Positions 27,555 to 38,256 of a stretch of 64,000 bases of DNA are shown piece by piece. Made by a program: the position numbers and the translations under genes. The notes beneath the pieces are model-generated. The model was not told where the DNA came from. It was given only the letters and a program-made list of their open reading frames with translations, and searched no databases. The number at the start of each line of letters is the position of its first letter. The first letter of the stretch is position 1. Source of the DNA: Candidatus Komeilibacteria bacterium (lineage in GTDB: Bacteria > Patescibacteriota > Patescibacteriia > UBA1558); assembly GCA_048538275.1 (NCBI GenBank), contig JBLYPW010000001.1, positions 365,928 to 429,927 of the forward strand. Reading direction: 5' to 3'.

Positions 27555-28373
27555 ATGTTAACAATCACACCCCCGGACAAAATTAAGTTTAGTGTTAGCG
27601 GTGACAATAAAGCGGAAGTTATTATTGAGCCTTGCTATCCTGGCTTTGGTGTGACCATCGCCAATTCTTTACGTCGGGTATTATTATCCTCCTTGGATGG
27701 TGCTGCTATTACTGGTTTTAAGATAGCAGGAGTTGATCATGAGTTTAGCAGTGTGGACGGTATCAAAGAAGATGTTGTAGATATTATTTTAAATTTAAAG
27801 AAAGTCCGTCTGAAAATTTTTGCTGATACGGATGAGGATATTAAACTTATTTTGACTAAAGATACAGAAGGAAAAGTTACTGCTGCCGACATCACTCCGG
27901 ACAGTAATGTTGAAATTATCAATAAAGACCAATTAATTTGCACTCTAACTGATAAAAAGAAATTAGAAATGGAGATTTTCGTACGACGTGGTCGTGGTTA
28001 TGTTACTGTTGAGCAGCGCGATAATGAAAAGAATGAAATTGGCACTATTGCTATTGATTCATTGTATTCGCCAGTTACCAATGTTGGTTTTCGTTTAGAG
28101 AACACGCGTGTCGGTGAAATGACAAATTATGAAAAAATAATTATGTCGCTGGAAACTGATAATTCTATTACTCCGGAGGAAGCGATTAAAAATTCAGCTA
28201 TGATTTTATTGGATCAATTCTCTGTATTGGCGGGTCAGTCAGCGGTAGTGGAAGAAGAGCCGGTTGAGGAAACTGAGGTGGAAGAAATAACGGATAAAGT
28301 TGAAGAAAAAGTGGAAGAATTAGAAGCTAAGCCGGCCAAAAAAAGAGGTCGTCCTAAAAAAAATGATAAATAA
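27555..28373 (+). CDS. rpoA: RNA polymerase alpha subunit
   Basis: IEPCYPGFGVTIANSLRRVLLSSL, HEFS, YSPV; acidic/basic tail instead of a clear alpha-CTD. Confidence 0.96.
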   Translation: MLTITPPDKIKFSVSGDNKAEVIIEPCYPGFGVTIANSLRRVLLSSLDGAAITGFKIAGVDHEFSSVDGIKEDVVDIILNLKKVRLKIFADTDEDIKLILTKDTEGKVTAADITPDSNVEIINKDQLICTLTDKKKLEMEIFVRRGRGYVTVEQRDNEKNEIGTIAIDSLYSPVTNVGFRLENTRVGEMTNYEKIIMSLETDNSITPEEAIKNSAMILLDQFSVLAGQSAVVEEEPVEETEVEEITDKVEEKVEELEAKPAKKRGRPKKNDK

Positions 28374-28378
28374 ATAGC

Positions 28379-28732
28379 ATGCGACATCAAAAGGTCACAA
28401 TTAAACTAAATAGGAGCAAGGGTCATATGCGAGCCCTGTTGGCTAATATGGCGGCGCAGCTAATCATTTTTGAGGATATTACCACAACTGAGGCCAAGGC
28501 CAAGGCTTTGCGTACCGTAGTAGAGCCATTGGTAACCAAAGCCAAGACAGACTCTTTACACAATCGGCGTCAAGCTTTAGCTTTTTTGCCAATGAAAAAG
28601 GCCGTACAAAAATTGTATGAAGTTATAGGACCACGCTATAAAGAACGTCCGGGCGGGTATTTACGTATTATAAAACTTGGTCGTCGGGCAGGAGATGCAG
28701 CGGCCATGGCAAAAATTCAATTTGTTAAATAA
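28379..28732 (+). CDS. rplQ: 50S ribosomal protein L17
   Basis: MRHQK, ITTTEAKAK, RPGGYLRIIK, RRAGDAA. Confidence 0.97.
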   Translation: MRHQKVTIKLNRSKGHMRALLANMAAQLIIFEDITTTEAKAKALRTVVEPLVTKAKTDSLHNRRQALAFLPMKKAVQKLYEVIGPRYKERPGGYLRIIKLGRRAGDAAAMAKIQFVK

Positions 28733-28736
28733 GATT

Positions 28737-29099
28737 ATGCCAAATAAGATAGAAAGAAAATCACATAATATAAATGCCAGTGGCAAAATAGCTGGTCGCT
28801 TGGCTTCGCAAGTAGCCAGTTTATTAATTGGTAAGAACAAGGCTGATTTTACTCCTCAGTATGATATGGGCGATGCAGTAGTGATTAGTAATATTACGGA
28901 AATAAAATTTACCGGTAATAAATTAGCAGACAAAAAGTATTATAAACATACTGGCTATATAGGTAATATGAAGGTGACAAAATTGAGTGATTGGCTGGAA
29001 AAAAAGCCAGAAGCATTATTTAAAAAAATGGTACGCAATATGTTACCTGATAATCGTTTACGTGCCAATCGTCTGAAAAGATTAACTTTCAAACAATAG
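28737..29099 (+). CDS. rplM: 50S ribosomal protein L13
   Basis: GRLASQVASLLIGKNK, DMGDAV, YYKHTGYIG, VRNMLP. Confidence 0.95.
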   Translation: MPNKIERKSHNINASGKIAGRLASQVASLLIGKNKADFTPQYDMGDAVVISNITEIKFTGNKLADKKYYKHTGYIGNMKVTKLSDWLEKKPEALFKKMVRNMLPDNRLRANRLKRLTFKQ

Positions 29100-29100
29100 T

Positions 29101-29568
29101 ATGACCACGGATAAGAAAACTACAACAGCTACCAAAACAACAACCCGCCAAAATAAGGATGGCCGTTTGCAGGCCAAGGGTATCTACCAGGCGATAGGTC
29201 GCCGTAAAAATGCAGTGGCTAGGGTACGCTTAACGGCTAAGGCGGCCGATAAGGGTATTGTTGTCAATGATAAGCCTTTGGCGGAATATTTTAATTATCC
29301 AGTTTGGCAAAAAGCAGTATCAGCGCCCTTAGAAATGGCTGGCCTGCTCAAAGATTATGGCGTATCCGTGAAAGTCGTTGGTGGCGGTGTGAATGGTCAG
29401 GCCGAAGCTATTCGGCATGGCATTACTCGTGCTTTATTATTGATTGATGAAAATTTACGCAAACCTTTGAAAGCGGCTGGTTTTGTGAAACGTGACCCGC
29501 GCGTTAAGGAGAGAAAGAAACCAGGTCTCAAAAGTGCTCGTCGGGCCCCGCAATGGCAAAAGCGTTAA
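29101..29568 (+). CDS. rpsI: 30S ribosomal protein S9
   Basis: GRRKNAVARV, GGGVNGQAEAIRHGI, RDPRVKERKKPG. Confidence 0.97.
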   Translation: MTTDKKTTTATKTTTRQNKDGRLQAKGIYQAIGRRKNAVARVRLTAKAADKGIVVNDKPLAEYFNYPVWQKAVSAPLEMAGLLKDYGVSVKVVGGGVNGQAEAIRHGITRALLLIDENLRKPLKAAGFVKRDPRVKERKKPGLKSARRAPQWQKR

Positions 29569-29600
29569 GATAAAATATCTTTATAAATTACTACCAAAAC

Positions 29601-29631
29601 ATCCGCTAAATATAGCGGATTTTTTGTTTTT
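29601..29631 (+). terminator. Intrinsic terminator after rpsI
   Basis: ATCCGCTA-aata-TAGCGGAT followed by T-run. Confidence 0.75.
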
Positions 29632-29843
29632 CGTTTATAATCATACACAAACGCTTATATAGGTATAAGTGAAAAGTGGTGATTGTTTAGCTTCAAAGTT
29701 ACGTAGTTTTTGCATATAATCTATTATACGTAACAAGAAAATATGTGATATTTAGCCTAATTTTAGGTAAATAATTAAGCCTTGACGCTTCTTGTGTATT
29801 ATAATATACTAGAAATAGGTATTTGTAATATAACATAATAAAC

Positions 29844-31268
29844 ATGAAAAACGATTTGATACAATATATACAACAACAGATTAGAACTACAGGAGAAAGA
29901 ATTAAGAGATATACTCACAGTCCAAGGGGAGAAAAATATCCTCAGCGTTTCTTGTTTGTAAAGATTAAACAATATATTGATGGATTTTTGGATAAAACTC
30001 AAGATAACAGAATGGTTATTATTCCTGGTTTTAGGGGGGTTGGCAAAACTACATTAATGGCGCAAGTATGTGCGGCTTATTCAAGGAAGGTTGAGCATAT
30101 ATTATTTTTATCCGTGGAAGAAACAGAGAATTTATTAAGCGCGGGAGTTAATGATATTATTTCTGCTTTTGAAAATGTCATTGGGCAAAGCATTGAAGAA
30201 CTAAAAAAACCAACTTTAATATTTTTAGATGAAATACAAACGGATCCTAAATGGGCTATTAGTTTAAAAACTTTGTTTGATAAAACATCAAATGTATTTT
30301 TTTGTTGTACTGGTTCATCGGCAATTATTTTGCAGACTACAACAAATTTAGCTAGAAGAGCTTTATTTGAGAGAATGCCACCACTGTCATTTATAGAATA
30401 TGAAATGATAAAAAATCAAGAATTTCCTAAAAACGGCTTGAAAGATAAAATACGCCAAGCAGTATATTTTTCAAATTCCGCTGAAGAAGTATTTAATAGA
30501 TTACAAAATTTGCAAGGAGATGTTAATAATTGTTGGTCAAAAATAAATAGACATGATATTAAAACTTATTTATCATATGGAACTTTGCCTTTTTCACTTA
30601 TAATGCCCAATGAAACAGCAGTTTATGATGCGATATCATTATTGTTGGATAAAATCATAAAACAAGATTTGCCTACCCTGGGAAGTTTTGATCAAGATAC
30701 TTTAGGAGCGGTAAAAAGAATTTTATTTGCGATTGCAGAAAATGATACAACCAGTCTCGGAACATTGGAAGATAGATTTAAGATAAATCGCTTAACCATA
30801 TCAAATATTTTTGAAGCGCTTGAAAAAGCAGAATTATTGATAAAAGTCCCTGCGTATGGATCAAATATGACAGTTGCCAAGAAACCAAACAAATATTTAT
30901 TTATGTCGCCGGCAATCAGAATGACTTTTTTTTATTTTACTGGTCAAGAGAGCACATATTTAACCAGGCAAGGGAAATTGTTGGAAGATTCTTTTGCATC
31001 GCATCTTTATCGTGAATTTATTTTGAGAAACCAAGGCGTGGTTAGATATGACAGCGCTCAAGGTGGAGCTGACTTTATTTTACAGATTATGAATAATAAG
31101 CAGATTGTGATAGAAGTCGGGATGGGGAGTAAGGATGTAAAGCAAATAGCGACAACCGCCAAAAAAATTAATTCAGATTATAATCTTATTTTTTCAAATA
31201 CTGAATTGAAAATTAATGAAAATTTAAAAACGATATTTATGCCTTTGGATTATTATTTTTTAATGTAA
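29844..31268 (+). CDS. AAA+ ATP-binding protein (AAA_14/DUF4143-type)
   Basis: Walker A GFRGVGKTT, Walker B IFLDEIQ, TGSS, C-terminal ADF...IEVG nuclease-like motif. Confidence 0.8.
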   Translation: MKNDLIQYIQQQIRTTGERIKRYTHSPRGEKYPQRFLFVKIKQYIDGFLDKTQDNRMVIIPGFRGVGKTTLMAQVCAAYSRKVEHILFLSVEETENLLSAGVNDIISAFENVIGQSIEELKKPTLIFLDEIQTDPKWAISLKTLFDKTSNVFFCCTGSSAIILQTTTNLARRALFERMPPLSFIEYEMIKNQEFPKNGLKDKIRQAVYFSNSAEEVFNRLQNLQGDVNNCWSKINRHDIKTYLSYGTLPFSLIMPNETAVYDAISLLLDKIIKQDLPTLGSFDQDTLGAVKRILFAIAENDTTSLGTLEDRFKINRLTISNIFEALEKAELLIKVPAYGSNMTVAKKPNKYLFMSPAIRMTFFYFTGQESTYLTRQGKLLEDSFASHLYREFILRNQGVVRYDSAQGGADFILQIMNNKQIVIEVGMGSKDVKQIATTAKKINSDYNLIFSNTELKINENLKTIFMPLDYYFLM

Positions 31269-31303
31269 TATATGCCCAATAAATCATTAAACAAAATTTT
31301 ACT

Positions 31304-32743
31304 ATGGAATTAAGCGCGCGGACTATCTCTCGTAATACTGGCATGCTAACCGGATCCTTGATTGTTCAGAAAATTCTATCTTTTCTATATTTTTCTTATC
31401 TTGCCACCCGGCTGGGAGTTGACCAGACTGGGCTGTATTTTTTTGCCTTGTCTTTTATTACCATGTTAGCGGTTTTTGTGGATTGGGGTATGGTTAATAC
31501 TTTGATAAAACAAGTAGCTAAGGAGCCAGAAAAAACCAGTCATTATTTTTCACAGGCTCTACTTATTCGTGTGTTAATGTCAGGCTTAATGTATTTAATT
31601 TTATGGGTATTATCATTGCTATTGGGTTATGACCTGCTGACCAGACAAGCTTTGCATATAGCGGGTTTGATTATGGTGGCTGATTCTTTTACTTTGCTGT
31701 GTTATGGTTTTTTGCGAGCTCATCACAATACTGGATTTGAAGCTATTGGCAATATTTTGTTTCAATTAGCGCTCGTGATAATTGGTGGCTTAGTTATTTT
31801 TTACAATGCTCATATCTTATTAGCTTTATTAGCTTTATTATTTGCCAGCCTGGTAAATCTTGGTTGGGCAGCCAGTAGATTATTTATAAAATTAAAGATA
31901 ATCATTATTTGGCAATGGGATAAAGCCCTTACTAGCCGAATATTTAGTTTAGCTTTGCCATTTGCTTTGGCCGGTATTTTTTCCCGCTTGTATGGCTATC
32001 TGGATACTTTTCTATTGAAACAGTTAATTGGCAATACAGCCTTGGGCTATTATAGTTTGCCTTATAAAATAACATTTGTCTGGCAATTTATCCCCTTGGC
32101 CTTGGTGGCTTCTTTGTATCCGGCTTTTGCACATTATTATAAAACGGATCGAATGATTTTAAATAAGATATTTAATCAAACTTTAATTTATTTATTATTA
32201 TTATCTACACCAATAGCTATCGGATTATCATTGTTAGCGAATCCAATCATGGTTAGCATCTATGGGGTGACGTACCAGCCATCGGCTAGTGCGCTAAGTA
32301 TTTTAATATTTACCTTACCATTTGTGTTTATAAACTTTCCTTTGGGCTATTTATTAAATGCTTGTGACAGACAAAAAATAAATACTCGTAATATTTTTAT
32401 TGCCATGCTTATTAGTTTAGCGGGCAATTTATTATTGATTCCCCGTTTTAGCTATATAGGCGCTAGTATTATGTCCATTATCAGTACCTTTATTTTATTT
32501 CTTTTGGGATTATATTACGCCAATAAAATAATTCAGTGGCAATGGTCAGTTTTATTACCTCGCTTGGGTAAATTATTGGTAGCTTTGGGCGGCATGGCGG
32601 GTGTGATATTATTAACTATGCACAGTTGGCATTATTTGCTAACTATATTAGCGGCTAGTTTTATTTATTTGGGCTTGATAATAATAACTCGTCTAGTTAC
32701 TTTGTCGGAATTTTATCGTTTATTGAAATTTTTCAAGGAATAA
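31304..32743 (+). CDS. Polysaccharide flippase (Wzx/MOP superfamily)
   Basis: About 12-14 TM segments; DWG, LGYYSLPYK; heads the glycosyltransferase cluster. Confidence 0.85.
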   Translation: MELSARTISRNTGMLTGSLIVQKILSFLYFSYLATRLGVDQTGLYFFALSFITMLAVFVDWGMVNTLIKQVAKEPEKTSHYFSQALLIRVLMSGLMYLILWVLSLLLGYDLLTRQALHIAGLIMVADSFTLLCYGFLRAHHNTGFEAIGNILFQLALVIIGGLVIFYNAHILLALLALLFASLVNLGWAASRLFIKLKIIIIWQWDKALTSRIFSLALPFALAGIFSRLYGYLDTFLLKQLIGNTALGYYSLPYKITFVWQFIPLALVASLYPAFAHYYKTDRMILNKIFNQTLIYLLLLSTPIAIGLSLLANPIMVSIYGVTYQPSASALSILIFTLPFVFINFPLGYLLNACDRQKINTRNIFIAMLISLAGNLLLIPRFSYIGASIMSIISTFILFLLGLYYANKIIQWQWSVLLPRLGKLLVALGGMAGVILLTMHSWHYLLTILAASFIYLGLIIITRLVTLSEFYRLLKFFKE

Positions 32744-32744
32744 T

Positions 32745-33788
32745 ATGAAAATATTATTATTTACAACAGAATACAGACCGCAGCATGGTGGGGTGGCTAA
32801 TTATTATTATGGCTTAGTAACAGCTTTGAAAAAAGCCGGCTTTGCGATTGAGATTTTACACATTTCTAACAATATTCGTTGGTGGCAAGCTTGGTTATTA
32901 TTATGGCGGCATCGGGCGGATATTATTTGGGTTGGCAACATATTACCTTTAGGTACGGCGGCTTATTTGTATAGTCGTGTTACCGGAAAACCTTATTTTG
33001 TATCATTGCATGGCTTGGATATAAATTTGGCAGTTCATAACAAACCCAACATCACTCAAAGAATTTTGAAGCGAGCCTTTTTTATAACGGTAAATAGTAA
33101 TTATACAGCCGGACAAGTACCAGTCAGTATAGCGGTAGATAAAATAATTGTACTTTATCCATGCCCTCATAATCGGCCTGATAAGATAAGTGATCAAGAA
33201 AAAATAGCTTTTCGCCAACAATATAATCTTCAAGGAAAACAAGTCTTGGTTTCAGTCGGTCGCTTGGTAAAACGAAAAGGGATACAAAATGTTATTCTGT
33301 CTTTAAGTGAATTGGTGGGAGAATTTCCAAATTTAGTTTATTTAATAATTGGTGATGGAGAATATTATGATTCATTAGTTGATTTAGCTAAAAAACTAAA
33401 TTTGGCTGATAAGATAAATTTTTTACCAGCGGCTGATGATAAGTTGGTGGCCACTGCCTTGGCTAGCGCTAATATTTTTTTATTGCCTGCTTTGTTAAAT
33501 AAAAAAGATGTGGAAGGTTTTGGCATTGTATATCTAGAAGCAGGTTTGGCCGCCCTGCCTGTTATTGCCAGTCCCAGCGGGGGAGTAGCGGAGGCTGTAT
33601 TAGATAAACAGACCGGCTATTTATTGAAAAAAGATAATTTAACTGAAGTTATTCGTCAATTACTAACTGATCCCGCAAAAAGCCAAGCAATGGGGCATAA
33701 TGGTCGTCGGCGAGCACAAAGGGAATTTACTTATCAGCAACAAATTATTAAACTAATACCATGGTTGGAAAAAATCAAGAAAAAGTAG
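32745..33788 (+). CDS. Glycosyltransferase family 4
   Basis: GGVANY, VGRLVKRKG, VEGFGIVYLEAG. Confidence 0.9.
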   Translation: MKILLFTTEYRPQHGGVANYYYGLVTALKKAGFAIEILHISNNIRWWQAWLLLWRHRADIIWVGNILPLGTAAYLYSRVTGKPYFVSLHGLDINLAVHNKPNITQRILKRAFFITVNSNYTAGQVPVSIAVDKIIVLYPCPHNRPDKISDQEKIAFRQQYNLQGKQVLVSVGRLVKRKGIQNVILSLSELVGEFPNLVYLIIGDGEYYDSLVDLAKKLNLADKINFLPAADDKLVATALASANIFLLPALLNKKDVEGFGIVYLEAGLAALPVIASPSGGVAEAVLDKQTGYLLKKDNLTEVIRQLLTDPAKSQAMGHNGRRRAQREFTYQQQIIKLIPWLEKIKKK

Positions 33789-34948
33789 ATATTATAATGT
33801 TCAATATGTCTTCGGCTTATGAGTGGCACGACGGAGTTCATAATCGTAATTATCATATTCTGCAAACCTTGCGTGATGATCCGCGCATCAATCGTATTAT
33901 TTCTATTGATTATGCCCCTTGGACTTGGACTAAAATGATAAAACAATTTTGGTTTGGTTATTTGGACTGGTCCAATAAAGCGCCGGTTTTATATCGCAGC
34001 GTTTTTACTAAAGCAAGACAATTGTCCACTGATTGGATCAATATTAGCTCGGTCATGCCTTATTTTCATGAAGATAGGTTTTGGTCTGAACTAAATAAAA
34101 TTATTAATAATTTAGAGATAGGTGATGATGCAATCATTTGGTCTTATAATCCTTTGTTATCCAATTATTTATCTGCCGTAAAAGGAAGAGCTTATATATT
34201 TGAGGCGGTTGATGATTGGCGACTACACCCTTCATATCAAACTATTACCAAGTTATTGGACGGGCATTATCGTCGTATTGCCGAAAAATCAGATTTTATT
34301 TTTACAGTAGCAGATGAATTAACTGCCATATTCAATCAACCTAGCAAAACTTTTTGGCTACCCAATGCTGTAGACTGGCAGCACTATCAACAAAAGTTTT
34401 CCTTACTAGATAGAGCCATTAGCGATTTACCACGACCCATTATAGGCTATATGGGCATAATATTGGGACGATTGGATAGCGATATTATTACTTATCTAGC
34501 AGAACACAATCCTACCAAAAGTATTGCCCTGGTTGGTTCTTATCGTGGTAAAACGCATTATTGGGATAAAGCTCTGATAGAAAAATTGAAAAAATATAAC
34601 AATATTCATTTATTAGGTTTTGTTCCATACGATAAAACACCCATGTATATCCAACAATTTAATGTTGCCATTATACCGCATAGAGTAGATGGTTATGTCA
34701 GCACCACCAATCCTATGAAAATGTACGAATATTTGGCTTGCGGACGACCGGTAGTTGCGACTCCTGCTCCCGGGATTGATATGTTTTCTAGTATTAGAGT
34801 AGCTAGTAATCCGGCTGATTTTAATCAAGCCGTGATAAAAGAGCTGGCGGAAGATAATGAGGAAAAACAAGAAATGAGGCGACAAAGCGTTCGGCAACAT
34901 ACTTGGCAGGCTAGAGTGGACAAAATGCTGTCTTTTATTTTAGATTAA
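33761..34948 (+). CDS. Glycosyltransferase (GT-B fold, TuaH-like)
   Basis: PNAVD, PIIGYMG, NPMKMYEYLACGRPVV. Confidence 0.85.
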   Translation: MVGKNQEKVDIIMFNMSSAYEWHDGVHNRNYHILQTLRDDPRINRIISIDYAPWTWTKMIKQFWFGYLDWSNKAPVLYRSVFTKARQLSTDWINISSVMPYFHEDRFWSELNKIINNLEIGDDAIIWSYNPLLSNYLSAVKGRAYIFEAVDDWRLHPSYQTITKLLDGHYRRIAEKSDFIFTVADELTAIFNQPSKTFWLPNAVDWQHYQQKFSLLDRAISDLPRPIIGYMGIILGRLDSDIITYLAEHNPTKSIALVGSYRGKTHYWDKALIEKLKKYNNIHLLGFVPYDKTPMYIQQFNVAIIPHRVDGYVSTTNPMKMYEYLACGRPVVATPAPGIDMFSSIRVASNPADFNQAVIKELAEDNEEKQEMRRQSVRQHTWQARVDKMLSFILD

Positions 34949-34949
34949 A

Positions 34950-35813
34950 ATGGAAAAAGAATTATCCATTATTATAGTTAGTTGGAACGTGGCTCAAGAT
35001 TTACGTGCTTGTCTTTTGTCTATACAAAAATTTGTTCATATTGATTATGAAGTGATAGTGGTGGACAATGCCTCTGATGATGATACGGTTCATATGATTC
35101 GCCATGATTTTCCGATGGTTAAGTTAATAGTCAATAAAAGTAATGTTGGTTTTGCTGCTGCCAATAATCAAGCTCTGACAAAGGCCACGGGCAAGTATAT
35201 ACTTTGGCTGAATCCAGATACCGAGTTTAGAGATGATCACTCTGTAGTAGGGGCATTAAATTTTTTGAAAAACCAGCCACAAATTGGTATACTAGGAATC
35301 AATGTTCGCAACAGTGATGGTAGCCAACAAATATGTGTGCGCCGCTATCCAACTTTGGGTTCACAGCTCTTAACCTTATTAAAACTAAATACAGTATTAC
35401 CGGTTCTAAATAGTCGTTATTTAGCCTTAGATTTTGATTATAGCCGGAGTCAAACGGTTGATTCAATTATTGGCGCTTGTATGTTTATGCCGCGCCAGAC
35501 AGCTTTGAGTTTGCAAGGCTTTGATGAACATTTTTTTATTTGGTTTGAAGAGGTTGATTTGTGTAAACGTGTTCAAAAATTTGGTCAACATGTTTATTAT
35601 TATGCGGATAGTACAGTCATCCATCATGGCGGCCAAAGTTTTTCTCAATGGCTCACCAAGGATAAACAAAAACAGTTTAACCGTTCTCTGCTGTATTATT
35701 TTTCTCAGCATTGTCCGCGTTGGCAACTTTGGTTATTATATTTTATTTTACCGATTAATTTTATATTAACTACTTTACAATCTATACTTAAAATCAAAAA
35801 AAGTGCCTACTAA
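34950..35813 (+). CDS. Glycosyltransferase family 2
   Basis: IIIVSWN, VVDNASDD, GFAAANN, LNPDT, FEEVDLC. Confidence 0.9.
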   Translation: MEKELSIIIVSWNVAQDLRACLLSIQKFVHIDYEVIVVDNASDDDTVHMIRHDFPMVKLIVNKSNVGFAAANNQALTKATGKYILWLNPDTEFRDDHSVVGALNFLKNQPQIGILGINVRNSDGSQQICVRRYPTLGSQLLTLLKLNTVLPVLNSRYLALDFDYSRSQTVDSIIGACMFMPRQTALSLQGFDEHFFIWFEEVDLCKRVQKFGQHVYYYADSTVIHHGGQSFSQWLTKDKQKQFNRSLLYYFSQHCPRWQLWLLYFILPINFILTTLQSILKIKKSAY

Positions 35814-37242
35814 AATTTTAACTTATATAAATAGATTAGCTTGGCCCTCTATTTTACTTGTGGAGGTGGCTAGTTTTTGGCATTTTTATCAGCCCAGTTT
35901 CGCACCGTATTTATGGTGGCTGATTATTGGTCTGACTTTTATATTAAGCTGGCGCAAGCTAGAGTATGGTCTGTATATCATGTGGTTAGAATTGATTATT
36001 GGTAGCCACGGCCATGCTTTATTATGGACTATCAATGGATTTGATTTGAGCATTCGCATGGGCATTTTTATTGTTATATTAATACTTGGCTGGTGGCATT
36101 TTTGGCAACAACGCAGCTGGCAGTCCTGGCAAAATCGTCAACCTTTAATATGGTATGTGTGGGCGATTATATTTTTATTGGCCGTAGTCGTCGGTTTGAT
36201 GAAATTTGGTTGGCAAGGCAGTTGGTTTGATTGGAATGGTTATCTCTATTGGCTGCTGGTACCAATATTTACTTTAACCTATTCCCGAGAGTTTATTTTA
36301 AATTTATGGCGTTTATTATTAACCGGTGTAAACTGGCTAGCCATAAAAACTTTTTTGCTTCTTGCTGTGTTTGCTCATCAAATTAGTTGGCTGGATATTT
36401 CCTTATTATATCGCTGGATGAGAGATTTGCGTCTGGGAGAAATTACTTATGTCAGTCAGAATTATTATCGCATTTTTATGCCTTCGCAAATTTTTGCCGT
36501 TGTGGTTTGGCTAGGCATTGTATTGCTTTGGCTAAATAAAGATCAATTAAAATATAAATTCATTGATAATTGGTATATTTGGTTATCGGCTTTTGCCGCT
36601 GTGTCTGTATTATTGGTTAGTTGGTCACGCAGTTATTGGTTGGCTACCATTATTATGACAATAGTTCTCATAGTTTATTATGCTTATCAGCAGAAATCTT
36701 TTTTTCTATTATATAAAGTATCTGCGCGGGTAATCTCAATCAGTATCTTGGCCATATTGTTGATGTTTTTTTGGACGGGTAGTTTTAACAGTGGTCAAGC
36801 CATGGCTCAACGAGTAACCAATCTTTCTGAACCAGCCGCCTCAACACGCATAGCTCAATTAGGCCCTTTGTGGCAACAAATTCGCCAGTCTCCTTGGCTA
36901 GGCAATGGTTTTGGTCAGACTGTTACTTATCAAAGTGATGATCCGCGCATACGCACCTCAGCCAATCCGGACGGTTGGTATACTACCGCGGCATTTGAAT
37001 GGGGTTATTTGGATATTTGGTTAAAAATGGGTTTTTGGGGCCTTGTTTTCTATTTAGCTATAATATTACTTATTTTGTATAATAAGCTTAAAAATAGCCA
37101 AAATACTGGTTTGAGAACCCTTGTCTCCAAGGGATTGGCCTGGGGCTTGCTAGCGGTATTGATTATTAATATTTTTAGTCCTTATTTAAATCACCCCTTA
37201 GGTATTGGCCTGATTTTAATTAACTGGTATCAAGACGTATGA
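35803..37242 (+). CDS. O-antigen ligase/polymerase family membrane protein
   Basis: Multi-TM; SWSRSYW, PWLGNGFG, EWGYLDIWLKMG. Confidence 0.75.
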   Translation: MPTKILTYINRLAWPSILLVEVASFWHFYQPSFAPYLWWLIIGLTFILSWRKLEYGLYIMWLELIIGSHGHALLWTINGFDLSIRMGIFIVILILGWWHFWQQRSWQSWQNRQPLIWYVWAIIFLLAVVVGLMKFGWQGSWFDWNGYLYWLLVPIFTLTYSREFILNLWRLLLTGVNWLAIKTFLLLAVFAHQISWLDISLLYRWMRDLRLGEITYVSQNYYRIFMPSQIFAVVVWLGIVLLWLNKDQLKYKFIDNWYIWLSAFAAVSVLLVSWSRSYWLATIIMTIVLIVYYAYQQKSFFLLYKVSARVISISILAILLMFFWTGSFNSGQAMAQRVTNLSEPAASTRIAQLGPLWQQIRQSPWLGNGFGQTVTYQSDDPRIRTSANPDGWYTTAAFEWGYLDIWLKMGFWGLVFYLAIILLILYNKLKNSQNTGLRTLVSKGLAWGLLAVLIINIFSPYLNHPLGIGLILINWYQDV

Positions 37243-38252
37243 AACAGCCCAGCATTGCCATATCTTTAGTAACATATAATGCGGCACATTATTTGCCTTT
37301 TTGTTTGCAGTCTCTACAGCAACAAACTTATAAAAATTGGCAATTATTAATTATTGACAATGGTTCAAGCGATAATACCATTGCCTATTTATCTGAAAAC
37401 TGGCCACAGTATAAAGTGGTTTCGCATCAAGATAATCTTGGTTTTTCTAAAGCACATAATCAGGCTATTGCATGGACGGGCGGGGAGTATGTCCTTTGTT
37501 TAAATCAAGATATAATTATGGCGCCGAATTATTTAGAGACTTTAGTTAATTTTATGGATAGAAATTTACAAGTCGGCGCTGCCAGCGGTTTAATATATAA
37601 ATGGAATTTTACTGACAATAAAAAAACAAAAATAATTGACAGCGCTGGTTTAGAATTGTGGCGCAATCACCGAGTAACTGATAGAGACGAGGGGCAGGAA
37701 GATGTGCAACAATACAATCAGCCGCAAGAAGTTTGGGGCGTTTCCGGGGCCTTGCCTTTGTTGTCCAGAAAAGCTTTAGAACAAATTAAATTAAAAAGCG
37801 GTTTAACTAATGAATTTTTTGATGAAGATTTTTATGCTTATAAGGAGGATGTAGATTTGGCTTATCGTCTTCGTCTAGCTGGTTGGCAAGCCTGGTTTGT
37901 ACCACAGGCTCATGCTTGGCATGATCGTAGCATTGGCAATTCTCAGCTTAAATCTCAGTGGCAGATAGCCCGAGCTCATCGGAAAAAAAATAAACTTATC
38001 AATTATCTTTCTTATCGCAATCATATCTTAGCTATATATAAAAATGAATTTAGAATTAATATTTGGAAAAATTTTTTTTCCATTATATGCTATGAAGCAC
38101 GCAAATTATTATTTATCATTTTATTTAACAGGATAAATCATCGTCAATTTTCCAGTACTAGAAAATTATTACCCAAAATGAAAAAAAAGAGACAGCAATT
38201 GAAAAAAATAATTAAGATAGGCCCAGCCGATATGGCCAGTTGGTATAAATAA
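37239..38252 (+). CDS. Glycosyltransferase family 2
   Basis: IIDNGSSD, GFSKAHN, LNQD, YKEDVDLAYR. Confidence 0.9.
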   Translation: MKQPSIAISLVTYNAAHYLPFCLQSLQQQTYKNWQLLIIDNGSSDNTIAYLSENWPQYKVVSHQDNLGFSKAHNQAIAWTGGEYVLCLNQDIIMAPNYLETLVNFMDRNLQVGAASGLIYKWNFTDNKKTKIIDSAGLELWRNHRVTDRDEGQEDVQQYNQPQEVWGVSGALPLLSRKALEQIKLKSGLTNEFFDEDFYAYKEDVDLAYRLRLAGWQAWFVPQAHAWHDRSIGNSQLKSQWQIARAHRKKNKLINYLSYRNHILAIYKNEFRINIWKNFFSIICYEARKLLFIILFNRINHRQFSSTRKLLPKMKKKRQQLKKIIKIGPADMASWYK

Positions 38253-38256
38253 TAAT

